Source: Macrostomum hystrix
Lineage: Eukaryota; Animalia; Platyhelminthes
Length of the DNA: 64,000 bases
Direction: 5' to 3'
NCBI GenBank assembly: GCA_950097015.1
Contig: CATNEN010000038.1
Span: forward strand, 33,790,001 to 33,854,000
A program made the translations under genes and the position numbers. Below, one piece after another: positions 1 through 11,632 of this stretch (position 1 is its first letter; every line of letters begins with the position of its first letter). The notes below the pieces were generated by a model. That model made no database searches and was not told where the DNA came from. It worked only from the letters and a program-made list of their open reading frames with translations.

Positions 1-40
1 AGCGCCACCAAAGTTTCAACCTGATGGCACGAGGCCACCT

Positions 41-2140
41 TTGACAATAAGCAGCAGTTCGAATTTGGCTTCCATCCAACATGAAGCCATCTTGGCAAGC
101 GCAGTTCATGCTACTACATCGAGTCTGAGCCCGTTTTCACAGTCTTCTTGTGGCAGCTTCAGCACCAGCACCAATTTAGCTGCATCTGCCGCGGCCTCTC
201 CGATGGGGCATGGAATCCAGCACCATCCTGCTTCTGCTGCATCTGCCGCGGCCTCTCCGATGGGGCATGGAATCCAGCACCATCCTGCTTCTGCTGCAGC
301 TGCCGCGGCCTCTCCGATGGGGCATGGAATCCAGCACCATCCTGCTTCTGCTGCAGCTGCCGCGGCCTCTCCGATGGGGCATGGAATCCAGCACCATCCT
401 GCTTCTGCTGCATCTGCCGCGGCCTCTCCGATGGGGCATGGAATCCAGCACCATCCTGCTTCTGCTGCAGCTGCCGCGGCCTCTCCGATGGGGCATGGAA
501 TCCAGCACCATCCTGCTTCTGCTGCAGCTGCCGCGGCCTCTCCGATGGGGCATGGAATCCAGCACCATCCTGCTTCTGCTGCAGCTGCCGCGGCCTCTCC
601 GATGGGGCATGGAATCCAGCACCATCCTGCTTCTGCTGCAGCTGCCGCGGCCTCTGCGATTGGCGTTTACGACGCGAGCCGTGCAGACATATTGGACTTT
701 CTAGTGACAGCCGTGCGGCGGATTGAAAGTAAGCCAGCTAAAAAAATTTCTTTCGCTACTGAGGCGCTGATATAAGAAAATTTAGAAGTTCTAATCCGAG
801 CTCTTCATTTCCAGAATTAAGTAAAGTTACGATTTAAATTAAAATGGCGTAATGCACTATTAAACATTCAGCTCCGCATGATTCTGAGTTTTGCTGCGAT
901 TTACACTTTTTAATTTGTACTTAACGTTTCGGAGGTTCATCTGGTTTGTATAGAGAATAATCTATTTGAGTCACTAACTGACTATTATCCCTGACTGGCT
1001 GATACATCTTCTCGATAATTTTCTTCATTTTAGCAACCCAGCGCGCGATGCATGGTGCGATTTGTGGCCTGGCTACAGAGGTGAAAGACTTTCACCTGCA
1101 GTTTCTTGCTCTGCAGAACTCTTCGTCTCGTAGTACAGGTGCAAACTCCAGCAATGCCCAGCACGGCCAACAGCCAACCGACAGGCCTATACTTCAAGAT
1201 CTGCCATTTACCGAAGTCGATAAACTGACTGAGTGGGCCACACGACTAACAAGTGATCGAGGCTGCTTAAATGATGCAGTGAGTGCTAGTATTTTTGTAT
1301 GATTTTTATCATTGCACGATTTACAAAAGCGACTGGATGCCGCTTAACTGCCGCATGTATTTTATGAGAGAATATAACACATTACAAGACATGACTATTA
1401 ATGTGTAATGTCTTGTAGTTTATTAATTCAATTTCTAGTCTACCATTCGAATTCATTCCACACATTTCAGTTTCTGTTCTTCAAGCGGCTTACCAGCAAA
1501 ACTCTAATGAAGTCCGTCGCTAATATCTTATACCACATCATGGATGACAAGCTTGCTCATCAGTTCAGTCTCCGTGGTGCCAAGCGTTCTGGCGTTTCCA
1601 AGTATTGCTTTGAGTCAACTGGCCTGCTGCCTTTTATCAAAAGTAAGCAACATAATGGTGCTTAGGATTTTGTCTCTTCTATGATAAAATGTGTATTTAA
1701 GCTGCTTAGTTAAATATATATCAATTCTGTACGTCCATATCTAGATACTAATCTACTTTGGGTAAGCAAAACTAATGGGCAGTATTTACCTACTTTTAGA
1801 CGTCGTGTGGAGTGTTCACAAAGACGCCAAAGGCGAGGCCATTGAATCCGCGGTGGGCGAACATCTGCGCCACTCAGGCACTCGGTTCCGCCGAAAAAGG
1901 TGCTCACAGCAGTCCGCACAGCGTCCGACTGGAGAACTTCGGAACTCGGCTGCAGGCCCAAGGAGCACTCGGCAAAGCGGAGGTGACGGCGCAGACATGA
2001 ACACTGACGGCGATGCAAGTGGCGAGAGCGACAGCAGTTCTGACGACGAGGGCGCTCACGACAGCAGCGAAGATAATGACAATGGCGGCCAACGATTTGA
2101 AGTCATCAACGTTGACGGTTGTACACTTACTCAACTTTGA
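41..2140 (+). CDS. Transposon accessory protein, DUF4806-like; 5' partial; exons <41-728, 1034-1278, 1471-1642, 1800-2140
   Basis: GT-AG junctions are phase-compatible (1,0,1). Motifs LPFTEVDKLTEW, SVANILYHIMDDKLAHQFSLRG and IESAVGEHLRHSGTR resemble DUF4806. Acidic C-terminal tail. Confidence 0.65.
179..655 (+). repeat. 57-bp coding tandem repeat, ~8.4 copies (SPMGHGIQHHPASAAAAAA)
   Basis: Period 57 read directly (TGCATCTGCC at 181 and 238). Confidence 0.95.
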
Positions 2141-5100
2141 GTAAATAGGAGTTCAGACTTCACGGGATTGGTGGCTTAATAAAACTAGTTGTTCTAAGTT
2201 CTAAGAACAAAGATCAGTATAGACTCGCTCTAGGTTAGGTGAATCTCTTTGGAGGCTATAGCTGTTTTTAATCATCGCCATCAGATCTCTAGTTATCTTT
2301 GCATCTTTTCTGAACGACATGTCTGTTTTGCCAGCATGCAAATAGCAGTTGCCATTAATAATAGTTTTGCGAATCTCTTATTTTCCTGCTAACTTTTTTA
2401 TTCATTAAAAGAAACACTGCAGGTTGCAGCTTGCAGTCACACACAAAGATACACATCATGCGCATCTAATGTAGTAAATATTTTTATTGCTTTCTTGACC
2501 TACTAATGGTAACCGTCTGATCTGATGTGTTTACGATAAAACAAAAAAAATTAATGGTGCTCATTAGCTAATCTTCGCAGACCTTTAAATCGAAACGTTT
2601 TTTGCTATTTTACTTATTCTTTTTAGCAAATGCTAAGTCATGGCCGTATTTTCGTATTATTTCAAGATGTAGGAGTCTCGATTTTTGAACCTGTGTGCAA
2701 GCTACAGATTTTTTACTATGTAGTCAGTGTTACTACCGGTAGAAGTTCCTTAACAACAATCCAAAATTAATGCATGGCATGCGAAAGAAAGACATAAGCA
2801 AGTGTAATAGTAGAGTCGTCGTATATTATAGAATGAAAGTGATACGAAATATATGTAGTATATAGAATAATACACATACATTAGATACTACTAATAGTAG
2901 ACACGACGACTACATGTTGCACAGATGTTGATGTATGTTGATTTTGCAATGTTGATGCGTCAACCATTCTGCAACGTTGTTTTGCGCGACAAACGGTCGC
3001 TTCTAGCAACGTTTACCACTTGTTGCGCGTCAACATTTCTACAACATTCCCGCAACATAAATGGCACTAGGGGCAACATTCCTGCGCGCGACATTTGCAA
3101 CCATTGAGCAACATTGCTCGAATGTTTTCCGTCAACATTCCTGCAACATTCCTGCAACGTAACTTGCACCAGGGGACTGGATTTCTGTGGGTCAGTCCCC
3201 TACTGCCAGTTTATGTTGTAGAAATATTGACAGTGTTGCACAGATATTGCCGTGACGTTTTATATTGCTGCTTCATTATACCAATGTTGACGTGACAATA
3301 TTTTATTTTATAGTGGTAATTTGCTATGAGTCTGCTTATAGTAGGCCATATGACACATGACTTTGCTCAACAATAAATAAATCATGATCTCATTACGCAG
3401 ATTAAAAAGGCAGCTTTTTATTTAAAAAACGATTTTGACATAAATAATTTGATACTTAAATTTCTAATTCTACTGTTGACTTTTAGACCTTAAATGTTTT
3501 TGTTTTAAGCCGGTAAAATATATTGGTCAATACAATTAATCGGAAGTAGAATTTAAAACATGTAAATAATACAAATTAGTTAATGAATTCCTGAACTGTA
3601 GCCGTATGTCAGATGTGTCAGACTGGGGCCTATTGTAAAGCCTAACTAACACTACTAACTAGCAGACATTTTAGCAAGAGTTCAATCGTTAGTTACCTAA
3701 TTGTCGTTCTTTTCAGAATTATAATTCGACTAAGGCCTAGCCTTGCTCCTACTTAGCCAGGCCCAGGCAGAGGCAGCCAGGCAAAGCTTAGGGTCATCTT
3801 ATAGAGCTAGACCATTCTGTGAGTTAGACTTAGACCTTAATGCCCTAGTAGATGGTACTTGGGGTGAGTTAGACAAGGCCTAAGTAGCTTTATTTAAAGG
3901 TTTTAAGCATTTGACGTGTGACAACTTAAAATGGTTATAGGCCTACAACTTACAAATATTAGGTATTTTTGCATTTAATTTTAGGACTTAGGTATTTAGA
4001 TTTTAGTTATTTAGTTTTAGTTTAGATTATTAAGTATTACAATGGCCTAAATTAGAATTAAAGAATCTATTATCATTTAGAAGAGATTAGAAGTACACTT
4101 AGAATTTTGTAATCCCATTTAGAGTTTTGCTGAGTAGGCCTAGCTTATAAATGTAAATAGGCTATAATAGGCCTATATAGCTATAGGTCAATCTATCTAT
4201 CTAGAATAATTTTCTATGCTCCCTATTCAAAGTAGGTAGTGGCTTGGTGCAGGATATGCTGCCTACTTTGTCATTTGTCTTTTTTCAACTTTATAGAAGT
4301 ACCTAATTAGTCTTTAGGCCTTTTTATTTTCAGATTAGCTAAGCTTACATAGGCCTACCAACTTTATATTTATACTCATGTCACAAAATATGCTAGGCTA
4401 AAACTAAATTCACAATATTTTAATTTATATAGGCATATAGCCTAGGCTTATTAAAATAATGAATATAATGTTAGGGTAAAGTACTATCAACCAAATGAGT
4501 ATTCTTCGAACCAAATAGGGTTATATCATTTTGTTTTTGTGTTACAATTGATGTGCTGTAGACTGCTGAGCAGCCTCCAGGCAATCGGTGAGTCAGGCTG
4601 TTCTAGGTCTGTGGGAGGGCTAGGGTTGGTAGTTAGTGTTTCCCGTGCACTGTCACTTCCGCTCGCCACCCCCCCTCCTCTCTCGTTCTCTCGTTCCAGC
4701 TCTGTCTGCGCACTGAGTCACATTGCACACCATGGTGCAATCGCTTAAGTTCGGAAGAAGACTGGCATAACAACGCTCAAATGCTCCTACTATAAGTAGA
4801 GCACAGTCCGACGAATCCTTGAGATGGTGTTAGTACCGCGGTAGCACAACTTCTGTACGAATATGGCACGTTTCTGTCCTCCAGTCTTCATGCGTTTCAC
4901 ATCGATTGTGTTCTTTTGCAATCTTTGTATCTTGTCTGCTAACATTATTGTGAAGCAAGGCCGTGTGTTGCATTTAGAAGCATAGCACATCGCCAGGCTT
5001 CAGAGCAGGGAACCAAAGTAGCAGGAATTACTGCTAGAGCCTAAATAGCGACCGAGGAAATTAGGTAATCTAGCCTGACTACCGGGTTGCTCCACTGCTA

Positions 5101-5822
5101 CGAGGCATTCAGTGTTGAGGCCGGTATAAACTCTCTCTCTCGAAATCTAGTTCCTGTCTTGGTTATTTTTACCAATTGTGTGTGCCACGCTACCACAGGT
5201 ACAACACAATTATAAAGCCTTTAATAAAGATAATGGATTGAAACTAGGGATTGCAAAATCCCAGGTTTTTGTGATCCTGGGATTCCAGGATTCAATCCAT
5301 GTGCCTAACACTTTTCTCATCAATGTGCCTAACACAGTATGACTAACAGTTAAGAGCCAACAATGTGTTATAATAACTTTTAAGACCCCATTGGCTATTG
5401 TAGCCAAGATTCAAAACCTGCTAGATTCAAAACCTATTGAAATTATGGAAAATGCAACATTTATTTATAGCCATATTACTTTATTAATGATTGTTCATTT
5501 TTCAGTCTTAGGCAATATTCAACACAAGATAAAGTGCCTATCTAGCCTGATAAATATGGAAGAATCAACAAAGCCTAAGATGGCTAAGAGTAAGCGGACA
5601 GTACAGCGAGAAACACTAGCTGAGTACCACCATCACCAGCAAATTAATACTCAAAAAAGACCTCAAACTCCAAGTCCAATTGATGAAAACCATGGCTTCT
5701 CCAGCACATTCAGTCCAGCTTGCATTGGAAACTATCTGTGGCTCTGATGGTGATGAAATGCAAAGTGAAGTTTCAAGTAGCAATCTCGCCAAAGAACAAG
5801 GACAGGAACAAGAAGGCTCCAG

Positions 5823-8119
5823 TGAAGTGGGTGGGTGTTGCAAGCGCTGACCTGCACTCATGAAATTAGATTCCTAGGGCGGGCGACAGAGTCGACTTAG
5901 ATGACCGCTTAGCTACACGCGAGATTTCGCGGAAAGAGAGAGGAGATGAAGGGAGGTTCAGCGGATGCAGGGAGTGGTCCTATCGGCCTCAGGCTGGCCA
6001 GTCCCACTCGTCCCATAGGCCACAGGCATGACTGCCGTGCCTACCCCTAGCTATGCTCGAAACCGGCTAAAAGTCTAAGAAGAGGGTCGGACTGCCCGGA
6101 ATCGGACAGGGCAGGGCTAACTAGTCTACTGCCGTCAGTAGCATGTAAGTAACTGACTCCTAACCTTGGTAGCGGTGGTCGAAACGGCCCAGGCTCTTGT
6201 CACAGACATGCGGAAAGGCTATTGGCAAAGCGGAAAATGATCTCAGGTAGCGCCACCACCCAATGCGCCTACGTTGCCACCGCAGACATTTGGGAACTTG
6301 GGTCCCCGGAGTACACAGCTCCTAGTTTATCACGCAGATCTAGACAAGCCGAAAAAATAGGGCATTCTGCAACTTCCGTTTTAGACTGGGGTGAGAGCCC
6401 CAGAATGGATCGAGACACGCCTCAAAAGGGGATTCCTGAATTCGCGCTACAGGGGTCTAGAAAGGTGGTACTAAGAACTCGAATGAAAATCCATAGCCGG
6501 AATCCTACTCATGAAACATCAGGCACATTCTTTACATTAGACCGCAGCCTACACATTAAGTAACTAGCAAATCCGAATCTGTGTGAGATGAGGAAATCAG
6601 AGGCTGGAGAGATTAAGCAGAACACTGGCTGAGTGATTATGCAAGCGAAAGATTAAATGATCATCGCCCTCGCTTCCGTGGCGGCAGTTGCGAAAGGCGG
6701 GGAACAGAGGGGAAACTCGATTGGCAGGGGAGCTTGACACGTACTCCTTGATCCGCCAGGAAGAGAGGAAAAACCCGCCAAGGAATTCCCCACCCCTAGC
6801 AGAGAAACACATGCTACACTCCGCATTTTGCTCACAAATCCCTAGCCCCTTATTACTCTTATGCGCGCTTACAGTTGTCTTCCTGCCGCAGCCTTCGGCT
6901 CGGCATCACCAGAACCCGCCCCCTAGGCGATTAGCCACTCATGATCGAGGGCTGTCTAGCGATAAAATGAAAGTGAAAAAGAGACATAGTAAAAGAATTA
7001 AGTTGGTTTTAAAAAAATAGCCCAATAAGTTAAGAGTGCTGTAGATTAGATAGTTTATTAGGCTAAACAAATCCCTAGCTTCCCTCCCACTAAGTGCCGC
7101 CTAACTAAAAGTAAATTGTCCCTTAGGATTAGCAATAACAAACCGCTGCGCGGATTACTTATCTGAATCTCGCTTGGCCGCGTGCTGCAGTCCCTTTGTT
7201 CTCGGGGAGAAGGGATGGGCAAAACAGCAAGGCAGAGAAAGGAAACTTCTGCGAGTTGGCAGGGGCCAACACACTGGGAGCTCAGAGGCTCAATTTAGAG
7301 CTTACCTAAAGAGGTGGCTTGCGCTCAGAGGAATGGAAACAGGCAATGGGCCTGCACTAGCTGCTCGGAGCTCAAGGCTCAAGGGTCTAAGCCCTACGTG
7401 GGTCCGGAAAGGTGCTCTGGGTCCGGTGGGACTCCGGCCCGGCAATGAGATAGGTCCGGGAAAAGGAAAGGAAAAGGTAGTCCTAGGGGCAGCGCAGCGC
7501 GCTTTCTTATATAGTCCTGCAGCACGCCAACCCCGACATCCATCAAAGCAACCCACATTCGCGCCCGCCTGTCAACGGGGAATCGAAGCGGCGATGGCCG
7601 CCCCGATTACCCAATGAACCGACGGCGGGAAACGACAGATGTTCTGCTCGAACAGCCGTCGGCAGTCGGCCAATGATTGTTACTCCGCCGGGACAATGGG
7701 AAGCGCAGGCGCCGACCTGCCTACAGTGACATTTACATGTATCTAAAGGAGGGAGGTCATAAAGTCGAGCTGGGCTCGAATACTGTAAAGAAGAGGGGAC
7801 ATGAAGAATTAATGATCACTCATAATGCCCGAGTGACTCCCAATATCTGATCGCGGTTTGGAGGGGAATTATGACCTAAACTATTCATACAATAAAAGCT
7901 GTGGCCGCGATCAGTCATTCCTACAGGGGTCTAGACAGATCCAGGGAGAGGGGATTCGACGGCTACTTAATTCACCGCCGCCCCAAACCCGGCCCTAAGA
8001 TTAATGATCGTGCTTGCGGCCAGCTGCCATGTGGGTCGCAATTATTAAGTACTTAAAAATTAGAAAAAAATTATGCTGGCTCACATTCCCACTCGATTCC
8101 CGCAGCACACTCAACATCA
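5823..8119 (-). mobile_element. Solo LTR copy 1 (~2.3 kb, Gypsy-type 4-bp TSD)
   Basis: TG...CA ends and TSD CCAG (5819-5822 / 8120-8123). TATATAA at ~7506-7512 and AATAAA at ~7054-7059 on the minus strand. Homologous end to end with 11633-13981. Confidence 0.8.
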
Positions 8120-8686
8120 CCAGTAAGTTTTCTATAAATTCTATCAGTAAATTTTCAGTAAATGTTGTATCATTTTATTTTTTATTCAGGCAATGGAACC
8201 AATGAAGATTTTTTCTTTTGTAGTTGTGTAGCCTCCTTTAAATCTGTATTAAATTATATATAAATATTTTTCAGCTCTTGCATGATTGCTAGTTGCATGG
8301 GACCCCATGGGATTGTTTGGTAGACACTTTTTACAAGCTACAAATTTGAATATATAGAGGGAAGATAGGCATTTCCAGGGGGGTGTTTCATATAATTTAC
8401 AAGTTACAAGTTACAAGCTACAAGTTTAATAGCTACAAGCTACAAGCTACAAGCAAAAGTGTTTCACAACACTGCTTGTAGATTTCAGCCAAGAATCGTA
8501 CAAGTTTGACAAGCTTGTGCGTCTTCGTCGTCTTCATCTTCATTCACTTCATCGTCTATGGTAAAAACCTACCTATTTGGAGTGGTAGAGAGATAGAGTG
8601 GTAGGTGGTAACGACTCGAAGCTAAAAAGCAAAACTCATTTCATCCACTCTAGCTTCTTACATTCGTCTATTCGCTTTTGCTTACG

Positions 8687-8900
8687 ATGCCTCTCTCTGC
8701 AAGTGAGAAGACGCTTCTGTTAGAGAAGATTCGCGACGTCAAGGGAACTTTATTTGGCGAGTTCACCTCGGTGCTAACTAAAGAGAAACGAACAAACGCA
8801 TGGAAGGATGTCGTCAGGACTTGCCGTGAGGAATATGGTTTCGATTCGTGTCCCGGCATAGACTTTTCCTACTTGCGTGACACCGTTTGGCCAAATAGCA
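8687..8900 (+). pseudogene. Harbinger Myb/SANT-like (MADF-type) DNA-binding protein, truncated
   Basis: LSASEKTLLLEKI...KRTNAWKDV...LRDTVWPN trihelix pattern; homology is lost after ~8900. Confidence 0.7.
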
Positions 8901-9219
8901 CAGAACGTGCTACTTTCAGTGTTTACTCCTTCAGTGTTTACTCCTTCTGTTGTTGTACATGTTTCAAAGCTTTTTGTCCGTAAATTTACTGGTAAATAGT
9001 AAATAGTGAGCAACTTTTCCACGCAATGTCAAAGCGTGACACCGCTAACTCAATCTTAGGTGACACCGCAATACATAATTTGAACTAACTGTTGTTATGC
9101 TTTGCTGGAATTCATTAATTCTTTACTTATTTCTTATTACGCATGGTAGCAACGTCGCAAAAAAACTAACTTCCTGTGCAGTATGTGTTAGCAATGTGCA
9201 CAACAGGAAAGTGTGTCTG

Positions 9220-10246
9220 TCAGAACAATTGAATTATTTGTTGCCGCCTCACACCAACACCGTTGTATTCGTTTCCATCGTTGTCTCCTTCGTCCTCGTC
9301 AACTGGAAGGTCTTCGACTGCGACATTCATTTCGGGCTTGAGCAGGTTGTGCAGGGCCACACAGCAGCGGATGACGTGGCAAGCGAACACAGGCTCCAAT
9401 GGGAGGATCGACAGCAGGCACCGGAAGCGCTGTTTCAGTATGCCGATGGCGCACTCGATGCGCACACGAGTGCGCTTGTGTGCTCGGTTGTACGATGCCT
9501 CCTGAGGCGTGTTGGTCACTGGCAGTGGCGTCAGTAGGTAGTCTCTGTTTGGGTAGCCGCTGTCACCAAGGAGATAGCCATTCGGGTGAGGCCTCCATCC
9601 AGCTTCCAACAGCTCCTGCAGTGTGCTTCGCCGAAAAACTCTAGCGTCGTTCACCGCCCCGGGCCACTTCGCGGATACGAACAAGAAGCGATGACCGGGA
9701 TCGCACACAAGCATCACGTTCACAGATGTGTTGCCGTGGCGATTAACAAACTGCCCCGGATTGACATGCGGTTTTCTTATGGGTGCCGTCGATGCAGCCG
9801 ATCACGCATGGCAGGCCAGCGATGTCTCGGAACTCTCCAGCAGACACTCGATTCATGTTGGCATCCTGTGGCCACTTCACCAGCTCCGGTAGCAGTAGCT
9901 CGTTGACTGCACCAACTACTCGATGCACAGCTCTGCTCACTGTTGGTTTTGTCACACCATGAGCATCGGCAATGGTGCTGTAGTTTGCACCGGTTGCGAG
10001 GAACCGCAATGCTACTCGCACCTGCTGCGACGGCTCCAGAGCAGCATTCGATCGAGTGGGGTGTTGCAGTCGATGTCCAATTGCCGTGCATACTGTCTCC
10101 ACGTCCTCCTCTGTCAGTCGAAATCGGGATTGATGATTGTCAGGGCGATCTTCAAATTGAAAATTTATCCGCGGTTTGAATATTCGTGGTCGCCTCGCAG
10201 CGTTCTGAGGCTGATCCTCCTCGTCTGAGGAGTCCGACTCGAACAT
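9220..10246 (-). pseudogene. Harbinger (HARBI1-like) DDE transposase with a frameshift at ~9775
   Basis: Motifs VRVALRFLATG, GCIDGTH, (frameshift) FVNRHGNTSVNV, WPGAVNDARVF, LLGDSGYP, YNRAHKRTRVRIECAIGILKQRF. Confidence 0.9.
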
Positions 10247-10621
10247 AGTGACTCGATTAGTGACTATGAAAGTTTTCTTTGAAAACTGTGCTTTTAGTTT
10301 ACAAGTGCGAGTAAAAGAAGGCGACTATTCAACTTGTCAGCAATTACAAGTGTTTGGGATTGTAGATTGGGATTGTACGAAATGCTTGTAGCAAGTACTT
10401 GTAGCTACTCTCTTGTAGCTTGTAGGAACTTGTAGTTTCGTTAAAGTCTATGAAACGAAATTCACTTGTAACTTGTCACTGATCCCACTTGTACCTTCTA
10501 CAAGTCATTTATGAAACACCCCCCTGTACATTTTGTCAACTTGTAGTCTAGTGTGTAAAACTAACTTGTAAATTGTATGAAACACCACATATATGTGAGT
10601 TATATCTTAAACCTTTGCTAG

Positions 10622-11100
10622 GTTCTGGGTTCTACCAAGGTGCTTCTGCCAGAGTGGATTTTCAAAGTTCACCATCTGATAGTACATCTAACTCAGTCAC
10701 AGAATCGGAATTCTCGGCCACGGAATCAGAGGTCAATTTAATTGACCAACGGAATCAACTGGCCTCTATTCTTCGAGACTGGGTCAAGGACAATGACCCT
10801 GAAATTCCATCTGTAAATGACTTGCTGCACCGTTTGACAGTTGTGGATCCTGGATTACCATTGGACTACCGGACATTGATGGGAACTGAAAGGAATGTGT
10901 CAGTGAAGAATGTGGCTCCAGGAAATTACTATCATTTTGGAGTCAAGTACGGTATCAGTTTTGTGCTGTCAAATTGTCTGTCCTTGTGCCCTTTAGGCAC
11001 ATTGTTTTTCCAACTTTTTATCGATGGTGCTCAAGTATACAAAAGCTCAACATGTACCTTTTGGCCGATTTTTGGGCGCTTGAAGGAATGTCGGTCATAA
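10622..11100 (+). pseudogene. EnSpm/CACTA-type transposase fragment of element B (probable upstream exon at ~5555-5821)
   Basis: Motifs LRDW...VNDLLHRL...LPLDYRTLMGT...YYHFG...IDGAQVYKSS..FWPI; truncated after FWPI. Confidence 0.8.
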
Positions 11101-11632
11101 TAATTTTGCTGGAACACAGATTTTTACATCGTCAATTTTGCATCTTCTGAACAAAAAATGAATTACATTTAAGGTCTTAAGCTTTTAAAAGACTTTTTAA
11201 TTATAAAATTGACTACTTCTCCATATATGCTTGCACTACTATTAGTAGCAAGTAAAGAAAAGCCTAAATGTTGTCATGATAATGTTGGCGTGTTGTTGCT
11301 GCAACATTCAAGCGTCAACAGCTGCAACGACAAAATGAATGTTGCTGTACTATTGTCGTGCAACAATGCGACAACATTAAGTGACAACGTTGTGGCAACA
11401 TCGTGGAAATGTATCTGGCAGCTAGGGGTTAAAACATTTTGACTCGGAAATTCGGTCAAGTAAGTTTTGACTTTTTCTTACCTTATTTGTTCCGGGATTA
11501 GTCTCTGAGTTCATTGGGCTTTAATTGAGCCTTGCACTTCCAAGCAACTCTGCTGTTGATAGGATCCTTGAAGTAGTTGAATTTAATCCGAGAACTAGGA
11601 CAATACAAGGAAAAGGGACTCTTAACTCCCTA

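Larger units (their letters stand above)
1..3174 (+). mobile_element. Right part of an EnSpm/CACTA(CMC)-type DNA transposon (element A); left end outside window
   Basis: Dense CAAC/GTTG subterminal repeats at 2910-3165 end in ...TTGCACCAGGG, a CCC/GGG-type terminus like element B. The interval contains a spliced DUF4806-like accessory gene. Confidence 0.6.
8379..10523 (-). mobile_element. PIF/Harbinger DNA transposon
   Basis: TIR GGGGGTGTTTCATA / TATGAAACACCCCC, flanked by CAG and CTG. TACAAG subterminal repeats. Convergent Myb/SANT and DDE genes. Confidence 0.9.
3197..11427 (+). mobile_element. Internally deleted EnSpm/CACTA-type element (element B) hosting a nested solo LTR and a Harbinger
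   Basis: Termini CCCCTACTGCCAG / CTGGCAGCTAGGG form an imperfect 13-bp TIR with a 2-bp TSD GT. GTTG/CAAC subterminal repeats at both ends. Transposase fragment inside. Confidence 0.7.

Noticed and set aside
148-726. Cys-rich and other alternative-frame ORFs
   Set aside because: Artefacts of the 57-bp repeat; only the frame starting at 41 splices coherently.
6222-7617. ORFs inside the solo LTRs
   Set aside because: Reading frames are not conserved between the two copies and have no recognisable domains.
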